Source: Bacteroidales bacterium (GTDB taxonomy: Bacteria; Bacteroidota; Bacteroidia; Bacteroidales; UBA932). Taken from it: DNA of 43,393 nt. The stretch is from assembly GCA_021443565.1 (NCBI GenBank), contig JABUTS010000078.1, forward strand, positions 1 through 43,393. The letters are read 5' to 3'. Below are positions 27,401 through 35,905 of the stretch, one piece after another (the stretch's first letter is position 1; every line of letters starts with the position of its first letter). The notes beneath the pieces were generated by a model. The model had not been told where the DNA came from, searched no databases, and saw only the letters and a program-made list of their open reading frames with translations. The position numbers and the translations under genes were made by a program.

Positions 27401-27644
27401 GGACTTCATCACAACCCGCCCTACCTCACGCTTTGTTCAGAAAGACAATGAAATCTACCTGTCCACCATCAACATAGGCTACGATTTCTACAAAGTGGCA
27501 TGGCTCTCCAAGGCCGGGATTGACCGCCTCAAGCTCAGCATCTACGCGAACAATCTCTGCAGGCTCTCTTCAATCAAGGTGGAGCGCGGTACAAGCTATC
27601 CTTTTGCCCGCAACCTGTCTTTCGCGGTCAATGTGACATTCTAA
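24441..27644 (+). CDS. SusC/RagA family TonB-dependent outer-membrane transporter
   Basis: CarboxypepD-reg-like domain, 'EVVVTG', plug 'PLFILDG...LKDATAKAIYGSKAGNGVVVIET' and C-terminal 'YPFARNLSFAVNVTF'. The likely start is ATG 24441. Confidence 0.95.
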   Translation: MKTKNCYFGSAFAGHLLCALLMVSALPSIEAGAQTNGDSGTAARSTQSAPKLTGVVVDAEGLPLPGVHVQTNDPTVAGVTDINGLFNIHIPAGKTVRNVTFSFMGMQTKTVTFNGRELKITLIEDTNALQEVVVTGMFERRKESFTGSSVTFTNEDLKTVGNQNLLKSLKVLDPVFQIVENLEMGSDPNSMPNIQLRGETSFNIQGDYDGNANQPLFILDGFETTLEKIWDLDMNRVQSVTLLKDATAKAIYGSKAGNGVVVIETIRPKTGEMRISYNGDLNLELPDLSGYNLMNAQEKYDWEVAHGKYDRLQADLNPTAADLLNKSVYDAIYSGVDAYWLNKPLRTGVGQKHSLALEGGDSRIRYILGGSFNDVEGAMKGSDRRTLNINSTLSYTYKNMVFRNQIDYTNGNSKNSPYGAFSNYVGLEPYFAPYDADGNLKKILGYECVNRDGTFSSPVYNPLYNATLNTKNVSDYKTFTDNFDMDWRVSERFRFTAKLSYTEQSNGSDVFYPANHTMFIDYDANGLSDRKGLYTKSNGGMKSFTAQAGINYNQTFGKHAIFLNGTWNLQSTDSKSTTVRAEGFGNDNMDDISMATSYYHSSHPFGSDSRTREVGLIGAFNYSYADRYLFDASIRCTGSSVYGSDNHWGNFWSLGAGWNIHKESWMADSLPLVKRLQLRYSLGYTGTQNFNPYQSRAKYQYGSVFYDGHLGATIMGIPNTGLRWQRVYDNNIGLDLALGSFLTGRVDYYIQNTDNMLTDITLPSSAGFNLYKENMGEIRNNGVEFSLGVTPYRDNSSRSWVSLTFSGYHNRNRISKIYDIFKKNNEDADAELNKGLSTGSPTPEEAAAYMARTTRPATKFYEGCSMTAIWGVRSLGIDPVSGNEMYLDKNDKVTYTWNSDDQVVIGDTNPLMRGAFGVSGGWHGWTLSVHATYKFGGELYNTTLVDRVENITGFGNLDKRVAQTWLKPGDEAAFRYVRMLQTPTSMMDFITTRPTSRFVQKDNEIYLSTINIGYDFYKVAWLSKAGIDRLKLSIYANNLCRLSSIKVERGTSYPFARNLSFAVNVTF

Positions 27645-27675
27645 AGGACTTCCGACGAACGATACAATGCTTATT

Positions 27676-29211
27676 ATGAAAAGAATAAAGATATATGTCC
27701 TGATTCTTGCCGCGTTCTGCATGGCTTCATGCAACGAATGGCTCGACGTGGAGCCGAGCACGGAGATGGACCGCAACGCCCTTTTCTCAAACGAGGTGGG
27801 CTTTACCGACGCCATGAGCGGCATCTATACGGTGATGACCGAAGACGCCCTTTACGGACGTATTCTGACATGGCACCTGATGGAAATCATGGGAGGCGGG
27901 GCATACTGCTCTTCCGGCTATAACCAGTACTATTCCAACTACTATTTCCACCCTGCAGCTCCCAACTATCTCAAGTCATACCAAACTTCCGTGATAGACC
28001 CTATATGGAGAAGGGCTTACAACGCAATCGCAAACATAAACTCCGTTCTCGAGTGCATAGACGAGAAGCAGGAGGTTTTCGAGGGCAATGACTGCGAGGT
28101 GTTCAAGGGTGAGGCCCTGGGCCTCCGCGCCTTCCTCCACTTCGACATTCTCCGTCTCTACGGCGACGCGCCGGGCAGCGAGGACTACTCCGACACGAAG
28201 ATATATATACCTTATGTCAACGGCCTGAGTTCCAATGTCTATCCTCTGCTCACAGTCAAGATGGCAACCGACGCCATGCTCAAGGACCTGAATGAGGCGA
28301 AGGAACTGCTCAAGAACGACCCGATGTACCTCAAGAGCGCACCGTCGCAGTTTGTCTGCAACCCAGTCACCGGGCTCTCCGCCAACAGGGAGAAATACAA
28401 TATCAAGGAGTGGCACAACCGCCGCCTGCACTTCAACTACTATGCTGCAGTAGCCACCATGGCCCGCATATACATGTGGCTGGGCGACCAGGAGCACGCT
28501 CTCGCATGCGCAAAGGAAATCATCGACGCGCAGGAAACCACCTTCCCATGGGTGAATCCGGAGCTCATCGCAAACACCTCCAGCACCTCCAACTCCGTGT
28601 CGCGCGACCGCGTATTCAGCACCGAACACATTTTCGCACTGAACGTGGTCAACATAGAGGACAAGATGGACGGCATACTCCATGAAACCCAGACTTCGTT
28701 CAACAACTCGTCCATGGTCCTCGGCATCAACACCGACTACTGCTTCGACGCTGCGACAAGGGACTCTGACCCCCGCTACACATATCTGAAGTATATCCAC
28801 TCCGCCGAGTACCAGATTTCCACCAAATACTGGAAGGATCCGGACCTGAACAACCAGTACTCTCCATGGTCGGTTTGCAGACTCCCGCTCATCAAGGTGT
28901 CGGAAATGTACTACATAGCTGCCGAGTGCGAGCCTGACTTGGTTGCCGCCACTGCCTATCTCGAGGCGGTAAGAAGCCATCGCGGACTTTCCCCATATCC
29001 TGTCAGCGTGACAAACAAGATTGAACTTCAGGAGGAGATAGAGAAGGAATACCGCAAGGAATTCATTTCCGAGGGCCAGCTCTTCTACTACAAGAAGCGT
29101 ATGAACCAGGACATAGTGACAAAGACGAAGAACGCTTCGTACACCATCACCCCTGCATGCTTCACCATGCCTCGTCCTGACGACGAGGATACCTACGGAG
29201 GACGCAACTAA
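27676..29211 (+). CDS. RagB/SusD family outer-membrane lipoprotein
   Basis: Lipobox 'MASCNEWLDVEP', 'GEALGLRAFLHFDILRLYG', 'SEMYYIAAE' and 'EYRKEFISEGQLFYYKKR'. An alternative start is 27667. Confidence 0.93.
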   Translation: MKRIKIYVLILAAFCMASCNEWLDVEPSTEMDRNALFSNEVGFTDAMSGIYTVMTEDALYGRILTWHLMEIMGGGAYCSSGYNQYYSNYYFHPAAPNYLKSYQTSVIDPIWRRAYNAIANINSVLECIDEKQEVFEGNDCEVFKGEALGLRAFLHFDILRLYGDAPGSEDYSDTKIYIPYVNGLSSNVYPLLTVKMATDAMLKDLNEAKELLKNDPMYLKSAPSQFVCNPVTGLSANREKYNIKEWHNRRLHFNYYAAVATMARIYMWLGDQEHALACAKEIIDAQETTFPWVNPELIANTSSTSNSVSRDRVFSTEHIFALNVVNIEDKMDGILHETQTSFNNSSMVLGINTDYCFDAATRDSDPRYTYLKYIHSAEYQISTKYWKDPDLNNQYSPWSVCRLPLIKVSEMYYIAAECEPDLVAATAYLEAVRSHRGLSPYPVSVTNKIELQEEIEKEYRKEFISEGQLFYYKKRMNQDIVTKTKNASYTITPACFTMPRPDDEDTYGGRN

Positions 29212-29225
29212 GTAAATGCAACAGA

Positions 29226-29939
29226 ATGATTATGAGAAAATTATTATACATCGCACTGGGCATGATGCTGCTGTCGGCCACATCGTGCAAGACAGACGAA
29301 ATTGACAGATGGAACAGCAGGGGATTCGTGTGGTTCACTTACCGGAACAACGATTTCACCTTCCGTACCAGACCGGAAGTCGGTGAAGGGGAGTCCACCC
29401 TCGTGGCCATACCTTTCAAGGCTGCCACAAAGGTCTCCGACAAGGACCGCGTGGTTGAGGTCGAGGTTTCGAGAAAGCCTCTTGACAGCCGCACTCTCTT
29501 TGAGATTCAGAAGCCGGTGACTTTCCGTGCCAACCACCTTGTGGACACCATGTTCGTGAAAGTGACAAACAGCGCACACCTTGCAGAGGTTCACGATACC
29601 ATTTCCTTCAGGATACTTCCTTCGGAAGATTTCGACCTCGGCCTTGAGGATAATCTTGAGACTAATCTATGCCTATTCAACGGCTTTGCCAAACCGAAGT
29701 GGTGGGATGCCAACTGCGACTATTATCTTGGTTATTTCACCCAGCTCAAGATGGAGGTTTACTTTGCCGTGACAGGCGGAGACGAGGCTCCTTATGACGA
29801 CGAGGGCTGGGGAGGCAACAAGCGCCGTTTCATCTCCTACCAGCTCACGGAATATGTGACCAAAAACGACGTCAGATATCCGGACACCGACCCTGACGCT
29901 CCCGGACAGCAGCCGCAGTTCGCAAATAAAAAGTATTAG
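29226..29939 (+). CDS. DUF4843-type lipoprotein
   Basis: Lipobox 'ATSC', 'SDKDR', 'PSEDFDLG' and 'KPKWW....YLGYFTQLK'; position directly after SusD. Confidence 0.75.
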   Translation: MIMRKLLYIALGMMLLSATSCKTDEIDRWNSRGFVWFTYRNNDFTFRTRPEVGEGESTLVAIPFKAATKVSDKDRVVEVEVSRKPLDSRTLFEIQKPVTFRANHLVDTMFVKVTNSAHLAEVHDTISFRILPSEDFDLGLEDNLETNLCLFNGFAKPKWWDANCDYYLGYFTQLKMEVYFAVTGGDEAPYDDEGWGGNKRRFISYQLTEYVTKNDVRYPDTDPDAPGQQPQFANKKY

Positions 29940-29945
29940 TCTCCT

Positions 29946-31682
29946 ATGAAACGTATCATGAAGAAAAATATCCTTATTCTCCCTGCGGCAGCATTGCTGC
30001 TTACGGGCTGTCTTGCCGATCTCGGAGGAAACGATTATGACAGCGTCCTCCCGGAAATGGAGATAACCATACCGGAGACTGCCTACAGCACCTCTCTCGG
30101 CTCGACCATAACCATAACCCCGGTCATAAAGACTGACATTCCCGAATCCGACCTCCAGTATTTCTGGGAGGCTATGGGAGACAGAAAGAACGCCGAGGGC
30201 GTGAAGGATTTCACCTCCCTTGTCCCGGACGAGGAACAGGCGCGCGAACTCGTATATACAGGCAAGTTCGATGACAACATAACCACCCTCAATCTCAGTT
30301 ATGAGTGCCGCCTTCGCGTACACCAGATAAGCACGGGACGCGACTTCTTCTCGGCCGGCACCTTTACCATCACAATATCCGGTGTGACCGGACTCATGGT
30401 GCTTTACGGCGATTCCAACTCTTCGGACGTGGGCCTTGTCCAGGCAGAGGAATTCACTCCTCAGGCGATGTCCATCCCTGAAAAGCCATCTGCGCTCGCC
30501 TCGCTCTATTCGGCCAACAATGCCGGCAACACCATACCGGGCAAAGGCGTGGAAATACAGCAGATAACCTCGTTTTATTTCACGACCTACCTTGCATACT
30601 ACCCTCAGATTCTCGGTCCTCGCTGCGGCCATATACTTGCCCGTACGGACCAGGATACCCGCTGGCTCGGCAAGGACGGTTTCGTGGAGCTTGGAGACTG
30701 GAACTACATGTTCTATGCAAAGGGTGAGCAGGCTATGAATCAGAATAAGCCAAAAGGATTCAAAGTCAATATGATATATTTCTATGGCTTTGACGGGGAT
30801 GAAATGTATTCCTGCAACACCCTCTCGTCTTTCCCTTTCCTTTTCTCCGAATTTGACGCTTCTTCCAAGTTCGCTGACGGACACAGCTTCACCTTCGAGC
30901 CGGAAATCATATTTACCGGAGGGTCAAAGGGCTATCCAAACATCATGTATGCAAAATCAGTTGACGGGAACACTGCACACAAGGGCTTCGTCGGTATACG
31001 CAGCGCCCAGCCGGGCTATTTCCGCAGCTATGGATACCTGCTTGATACCGGGGATGATGCCGTGGCTAAGTTCAACACCGGAAACATGAACGCAGACCTT
31101 GTCAAGATGAGACGCGACGGACGCCAGCATGTGATGGCTGTACTCAAGGGAGACAGCGGCAATGCAAAATATGCAGGCAAACTCTTCCTCGTGGACCTCA
31201 ATACGACCGCTCCTGCGCTGGCGGGTGCCACCACGGCCTACAGCGGGATAGGAGAGTATGCTTATGACCTCTCCGGCATGCAGGACATAAACGATGCCTT
31301 TTCGTTTGAGTTCGGCTGGACCCAGACCATGTGCTACTATGCCACAAAGAACGGGGTTTACCATTACCAGCACGACGGTGCAGGCATAACTGCCGCCGCC
31401 CCTCTCACCATGACCGACGGAAGCAGCTGGTCTGCCGGAGGAGAAATCACGATGATGAAGATGCTTGATACTGGCAGGGACTATCAGGACAACACTCCTA
31501 ACCACAATCCTACCCAGCCGATCATGATGGTGGCCACCTTCAGTTCGGGCAAGGCTGCTCTCTGGGCCCTCCATCTCGACAGTATGTCGGGCCGCATCTC
31601 AAAGGCCGTGAAGTATGATTCGCAGGTGGAAGGCTGGGCGTTTGACAAGCCTATTCTCGACGCAAGCATCAAAGTACAGTAA
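29946..31682 (+). CDS. PKD-like family surface lipoprotein
   Basis: Lipobox 'LTGC-LADLGGNDY', Ig-like 'ITITPVI...LQYFW' and 'GLMVLY...SDVGLV', followed by a beta-rich (propeller-like) C-terminus. Confidence 0.7.
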   Translation: MKRIMKKNILILPAAALLLTGCLADLGGNDYDSVLPEMEITIPETAYSTSLGSTITITPVIKTDIPESDLQYFWEAMGDRKNAEGVKDFTSLVPDEEQARELVYTGKFDDNITTLNLSYECRLRVHQISTGRDFFSAGTFTITISGVTGLMVLYGDSNSSDVGLVQAEEFTPQAMSIPEKPSALASLYSANNAGNTIPGKGVEIQQITSFYFTTYLAYYPQILGPRCGHILARTDQDTRWLGKDGFVELGDWNYMFYAKGEQAMNQNKPKGFKVNMIYFYGFDGDEMYSCNTLSSFPFLFSEFDASSKFADGHSFTFEPEIIFTGGSKGYPNIMYAKSVDGNTAHKGFVGIRSAQPGYFRSYGYLLDTGDDAVAKFNTGNMNADLVKMRRDGRQHVMAVLKGDSGNAKYAGKLFLVDLNTTAPALAGATTAYSGIGEYAYDLSGMQDINDAFSFEFGWTQTMCYYATKNGVYHYQHDGAGITAAAPLTMTDGSSWSAGGEITMMKMLDTGRDYQDNTPNHNPTQPIMMVATFSSGKAALWALHLDSMSGRISKAVKYDSQVEGWAFDKPILDASIKVQ

Positions 31683-31686
31683 CAAC

Positions 31687-32814
31687 ATGAACAGATTCTT
31701 AATATCGGCTGCAGCGCTCATGGCCTCGCTGGCAATGGGCGCACAGCAGCGTTACACAATCAACGCGACCGTGGACCCCTCCCACAACGGCAAGAAGGTT
31801 TGGCTTTTCGAGCCGGGGGAGAAGGCGATAGACAGCACCATAGTCAAAGGCGGACGGTTTTCGTTCAAGGGGAACCTTCCCAAGCCGACCTATATGGTAA
31901 TGAACACGACAAACGATAAGGGCTGGGCCATAACTCTCGGCGAGGCATTCCTCGAGAAAGGCACCATCACCATCGTGGACGGAGTCGCGAAGGGTACCCC
32001 GACCAACGACAAATGGGCCCTATACAAGAAGAGCATAAGCGGTATCGAGGCCAATCAGAAGAGCCTCAGGGCCGAGTACGACAAGATTGCCAAGAAGTAC
32101 CAGGAAGACGTGAAGGCCGGCAGGCCTGTCGACACTGTCGCCATCAGGACGGCTGCATCAGCCCTCAATGACAAGTTTGAGGAAGGCACAAGGAAAATGG
32201 CGAAGATTTCATACGATTACGCGATGAAGAATCTCGACAATCCGTCTCCGGCCCAGTTCATCCTCCGTTTTGAAGACCATTATACCTTCAACGAGGCGGA
32301 TGCCATGATTGCTGGAGCCTCACCGGTGCTCAGGGAAACCAGATATTTCCAGACATTCATCAGCCATGTGCAGGGAAAAAAGCGCAGCGTCGCCGGAGCA
32401 AAGTTCACGGACTTTGACCTTTTCGACCTTGACGGTAACAAGGTGAAACTCTCGGACTATGTGGGTAAGGGAAAGTACATCTTCATCGACTACTGGGCTT
32501 CATGGTGCGGCCCGTGCCGTGCTGAAATCCCTACCGTGCGCAAGGTCTGGGAGAAGTACAGGAACAAGGGATTCGACGTGGTGAGCATCTCGCTTGATGC
32601 GACGGAGGCTGTATGGAAAAATGCAGTCAGCCAGCTGGACATGCCTTGGACCCAGCTTTCCGACCTCCAGGAGTTCAAGGGACCGGCTGCAAAGGCATAC
32701 GCGGTGAAAGCCATACCTTTCACCATGCTCATTGGTCCTGACGGCACCATACTTGAGACCAACCTGCGTGGAGAAAAGATAGATCCCGGCGTTGGCAAGT
32801 ATCTTGTGAAATGA
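31687..32814 (+). CDS. TlpA-family thiol-disulfide reductase (DUF4369 plus AhpC/TSA)
   Basis: Signal peptide from MNRFL, 'IDYWASWCGPCRAEIP' and 'AIPFTMLIGPDG'. Confidence 0.9.
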   Translation: MNRFLISAAALMASLAMGAQQRYTINATVDPSHNGKKVWLFEPGEKAIDSTIVKGGRFSFKGNLPKPTYMVMNTTNDKGWAITLGEAFLEKGTITIVDGVAKGTPTNDKWALYKKSISGIEANQKSLRAEYDKIAKKYQEDVKAGRPVDTVAIRTAASALNDKFEEGTRKMAKISYDYAMKNLDNPSPAQFILRFEDHYTFNEADAMIAGASPVLRETRYFQTFISHVQGKKRSVAGAKFTDFDLFDLDGNKVKLSDYVGKGKYIFIDYWASWCGPCRAEIPTVRKVWEKYRNKGFDVVSISLDATEAVWKNAVSQLDMPWTQLSDLQEFKGPAAKAYAVKAIPFTMLIGPDGTILETNLRGEKIDPGVGKYLVK

Positions 32815-32819
32815 TGAGA

Positions 32820-32863
32820 CGGGTCCGTACAGATTTGGAAATTGGTACGGACCCGCCTTTTTT
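32820..32863 (+). terminator. Intrinsic terminator of the susC operon
   Basis: An 11-bp stem CGGGTCCGTAC/GTACGGACCCG followed by T6. Confidence 0.85.
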
Positions 32864-32888
32864 GTGAGACATTGTGATAATTATTCAT

Positions 32889-32896
32889 TAAATTTG
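32889..32896 (+). promoter_or_regulatory. -7 element (TAAATTTG) of the PatB/MalY gene
   Basis: Exact TAnnTTTG 25 nt before ATG 32922. Confidence 0.6.
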
Positions 32897-32921
32897 TTGG
32901 AAATTTTTACTGAAGCCAAAA

Positions 32922-34076
32922 ATGAAATACAACTTTGATGAAATTGTCGACAGAAGCGGCAGCAATTGTCTGAAATGGGATCTCGCAGAAGAAGGAGTGC
33001 TTCCTCTCTGGGTGGCAGACATGGATTTCAAGGCAGCACCCTGCATATTGTCAAGCCTTCAGAAAAGACTCGACCACGGAATTTTCGGATACACGATACC
33101 TCCCCAGAGATATTTTGATGCAGTCATAAACTGGTTCGGCCGCAGACACGGACTTGAAGTACGGAAGGAATGGATGCTCCAGACTCCCGGCGTGCTGCCC
33201 GGCGTATCCGCATCCATCAAGGCGGTATCCAATCCAGGCGACAAGGTGCTCATACTCCCTCCCGTTTACAACCATTTCTACTGCTCGATAAGGCACTGCA
33301 ACTGCGTGGCCTGCGAAAGCAATCTCATCTGGGACGGACATAGCTTCACCGTAGATTGGGAAGATTTTGAGGCCAAGGCCGCGGATCCCGCAGTGAAGGC
33401 CTACATCCTTTGCAACCCCCACAATCCTGCCGGGAGGGTGTGGACGAAGGAAGAGCTCCTGAAGATGGGTGAAATATGCCTCAAGCACAATGTGTTCGTG
33501 ATTTCCGACGAGATACACTGCGAGATAGTTTCTCCGGGCTTCAAATACATACCTTTCGCCAGCCTTTCAGAGGACTTCAGGATGCATTCGTCAACCTGTT
33601 GCTCTCCTACAAAAGGCTTCAATATCGCCGGCATCCATGCTTCGAACGTTTTTGTGGCCAACCCTGCTATACGTGAGAAGGTCGCCGAGGCAATAGAGAA
33701 CAGCGAGGCGAACGGCCTGAGCGCATTTGCCGTTGAGGCTCTCATTGCCGCCTACGAGGAAGGTGAGGAGTGGCTGACCGAGATGAATAGTTATGTATAT
33801 GACAACTATCTCTATCTGAAGCAGACCCTTGCAGCCGAGTGCCCTGCCATCAAGGTTGCCGAGCTTGAGGGAACCTATCTCGCATGGCTGGACTGCAGCG
33901 CGGTCACCAGCGATGCAGACGTGCTTTCAAAGACTATGAGAGATGAAGGCAAGGTATGGTTCTGCGAAGGCTCAATCTATGGTGAGGCCGGCAGATGCTT
34001 CCTTCGGGTAAACCTCGCAACCCCTCGGGCAATACTCGAGGAAGGACTGAAGAGAGCAATACCTTATCTCAGATAA
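32922..34076 (+). CDS. MalY/PatB family PLP-dependent C-S lyase (cystathionine beta-lyase)
   Basis: 'YNFDEIVDR...KWD', 'PLWVADMDF', 'CNPHNPAGRVW', 'SDEIH' and PLP lysine 'SPTKGFNIAG'. Confidence 0.93.
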   Translation: MKYNFDEIVDRSGSNCLKWDLAEEGVLPLWVADMDFKAAPCILSSLQKRLDHGIFGYTIPPQRYFDAVINWFGRRHGLEVRKEWMLQTPGVLPGVSASIKAVSNPGDKVLILPPVYNHFYCSIRHCNCVACESNLIWDGHSFTVDWEDFEAKAADPAVKAYILCNPHNPAGRVWTKEELLKMGEICLKHNVFVISDEIHCEIVSPGFKYIPFASLSEDFRMHSSTCCSPTKGFNIAGIHASNVFVANPAIREKVAEAIENSEANGLSAFAVEALIAAYEEGEEWLTEMNSYVYDNYLYLKQTLAAECPAIKVAELEGTYLAWLDCSAVTSDADVLSKTMRDEGKVWFCEGSIYGEAGRCFLRVNLATPRAILEEGLKRAIPYLR

Positions 34077-34083
34077 TATCCCG

Positions 34084-34117
34084 GAGGTTGACTTTGAAAG
34101 GTCAACCTCTGTCTTTT
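34084..34117 (+). terminator. Probable intrinsic terminator after patB
   Basis: Stem GAGGTTGAC/GTCAACCTC followed by TGTCTTTT. Confidence 0.7.
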
Positions 34118-34205
34118 GCCAGCAGGTATCTGTAAATCACTCTCTTCTTTTGGGACATCTCGGGCATCGGATGCATCTATCAATTGTAAACGAATTTTCA
34201 GGAAC

Positions 34206-34718
34206 ATGAAAACAAAGTACATTGTCATGTATGCTGCCCTTGCAGTTGCGTTTGCGGCAGTTTCCCTGTGGGTTGCTGTCGGCGGGCGGAAAAATGCCAG
34301 GGCGGTGGCTGCCAAATACAGGCTTGGGGGCCTGATGCTCACGGTATCAGCCATGCTGAGCGCGTCGAGTTGTCAGGACATTTTCCCTGGAATGGTTTCA
34401 TGCTACGATCCCGTGATGCCGAGTGAAATAGATGCCCATGTGTGGAATACTTCGGGCAACAACCTGTCTGTAGGCGATACAATTGCCGTCGTATTCAGAG
34501 GCATCAATGGCTCGGAAGCAAAATACCGTCTGGAAACCAAACAGACGACTGTGCTTCAAAGCGGAAATATTGAGACTAAGGTACAGGAAGACAACTCGCA
34601 GCTTGCGCTGATCAAACTACAACAGACCAGCCATAAGGGAGAGGTCTTTCTTTTTGTCTACTTCGCCGGAGAGAAAACCGATGAAATAATGTATTTCGGT
34701 AACTTCAACATCAAATAG
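34206..34718 (+). CDS. Hypothetical radical-SAM-associated membrane protein/lipoprotein (170 aa)
   Basis: ATG 34206. It has a TM helix, a basic linker, a second hydrophobic stretch ending 'ASSC', then 'VSCYDP' and a beta-rich domain. It ends 20 nt upstream of the rSAM gene. Confidence 0.7.
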   Translation: MKTKYIVMYAALAVAFAAVSLWVAVGGRKNARAVAAKYRLGGLMLTVSAMLSASSCQDIFPGMVSCYDPVMPSEIDAHVWNTSGNNLSVGDTIAVVFRGINGSEAKYRLETKQTTVLQSGNIETKVQEDNSQLALIKLQQTSHKGEVFLFVYFAGEKTDEIMYFGNFNIK

Positions 34719-34738
34719 AGGGGACCCCGGGAAGGAAA

Positions 34739-35761
34739 ATGTGCGGCAGGACAGAGCTTGGCTTTCTCGTATATGAGCTGACGGAGGCATGCAATCAGAA
34801 TTGTCTCTTCTGCTACAATCATTGGCGTCCCGCAGGTTGCAACCCAGTGGACACCCGTCTTGCACGGCATACTCTCCGGAAAATCCTCTCCCAGGCCAAA
34901 ATCGGTTCCATTTCTTTCTCGGGTGGTGAACCCTCCCTTCTTGGCAACCTGCATGACCTCGTGCTGAAGTGCCGTTTTGCCGGCAGCAACGTGAATGTGC
35001 TGACCAACGGTACCCTGCTGACTGAAGCGGACATCCGCAATTTCGCCAGCCTCGGGATAGGGACAATTCAGATACCGCTCCTGAGCCACAACTGTTCAGT
35101 CCACGATTCCCTCACGCGTCTGCCTCAGTCCTGGGAGAAGGCAAGGGCTTCGCTTGAACTCGCCCTTGGCATTCTGGGCGCGGACCATGTGGCGGCTGTG
35201 CTGATTGTCACTGCAAGAAATGCATCTGACCTTGATCCCACCCTCGATCTTTACAGGGAACTCGGGCTGAGGACGATAATGGTCAATCGTTTCAACATAG
35301 GTGGCAACGGCATTGCCAACCGCCGGGAACTGGAACTGGCACCGGACCAGCTCCGGACGGCTTTCCGCTGCATCAGCGATTTCTCCGTCCGCCATCCCGG
35401 GATGTCCTTCGCAAGCGGTGTCTGCACCCCGATGTGCCTTATGAATCCGGACGATTATCCAGGCATCAAATTCACCAGCTGCACCACCGATCTCCGTCAG
35501 CGTCCCCTTGCAATCTCAGCCAGCGGGGACGTACGTTTCTGCAACCATTCTCCTTTCGTGTTAGGGAACATCTATCAGCGTCCTTTGCGTGAAATCCTTG
35601 AGGATGAGAGCCTGATAGCCCGATACACAGGTGTCCCTCAGGAATGTTCAGCCTGCCATCTGTATCCGCGCTGCAAGGGAGGCTGCCGTGCCGCTTCCGA
35701 ACAACTCTACGGCAGTTTCTCCCGCATTGACCCCATCGCCGAAACTCTTTTGGCGAAATAA
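34739..35761 (+). CDS. Radical SAM/SPASM domain protein (putative peptide/protein maturase)
   Basis: 'CNQNCLFC', 'SGGEP', 'LTNG' and SPASM 'C...ISASGDVRFC...LGNI...CSAC.....CKGGC'. Confidence 0.92.
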   Translation: MCGRTELGFLVYELTEACNQNCLFCYNHWRPAGCNPVDTRLARHTLRKILSQAKIGSISFSGGEPSLLGNLHDLVLKCRFAGSNVNVLTNGTLLTEADIRNFASLGIGTIQIPLLSHNCSVHDSLTRLPQSWEKARASLELALGILGADHVAAVLIVTARNASDLDPTLDLYRELGLRTIMVNRFNIGGNGIANRRELELAPDQLRTAFRCISDFSVRHPGMSFASGVCTPMCLMNPDDYPGIKFTSCTTDLRQRPLAISASGDVRFCNHSPFVLGNIYQRPLREILEDESLIARYTGVPQECSACHLYPRCKGGCRAASEQLYGSFSRIDPIAETLLAK

Positions 35762-35782
35762 TGCCTTTCAGTTTCCGGCTGC

Positions 35783-35825
35783 AAAAACAAAAACGGACAA
35801 ACCGTCGTGAATGACAATTTGTCCG
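35783..35825 (-). terminator. Terminator of tRNA-Asn (possibly bidirectional)
   Basis: Stem CGGACAAA/TTTGTCCG with an A-rich flank (a U-tract on the minus strand). Confidence 0.7.
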
Positions 35826-35828
35826 CTT

Positions 35829-35905
35829 TGGCTCCTGAAGCAGGACTTGAACCTGCGACCCTCTGATTAACAGTCAGATGCTCTAACCAACTGAGCTATT
35901 CAGGA
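35829..35905 (-). tRNA. tRNA-Asn(GTT), CCA encoded
   Basis: The reverse complement TCCTGAA TAGCTCAGTTGGTTAGAGC A TCTGA CTGTTAA TCAGA GGGTC GCAGG TTCAAGT CCTGC TTCAGGA GCCA folds as a cloverleaf. Confidence 0.97.

Noticed and set aside
29673-30884. Long antisense ORFs (403 aa here; also 27976-28980, 15615-16637, 10282-11046, 37093-37887 and 41495-42286)
   Set aside because: They lie opposite well-supported genes, show no motifs, and are expected shadows of GC3-rich codon bias.
32820-34117. PatB/MalY lyase as part of the Sus operon or the rSAM cassette
   Set aside because: It is separated on both sides by terminators and has its own promoter. A shared sulfur theme is tempting but unsupported without synteny data.
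22758-35905. Genomic island integrated at the 3' end of tRNA-Asn
   Set aside because: No integrase, transposase or duplicated tRNA 3' end (att repeat) could be found by eye, and the composition is not obviously foreign.
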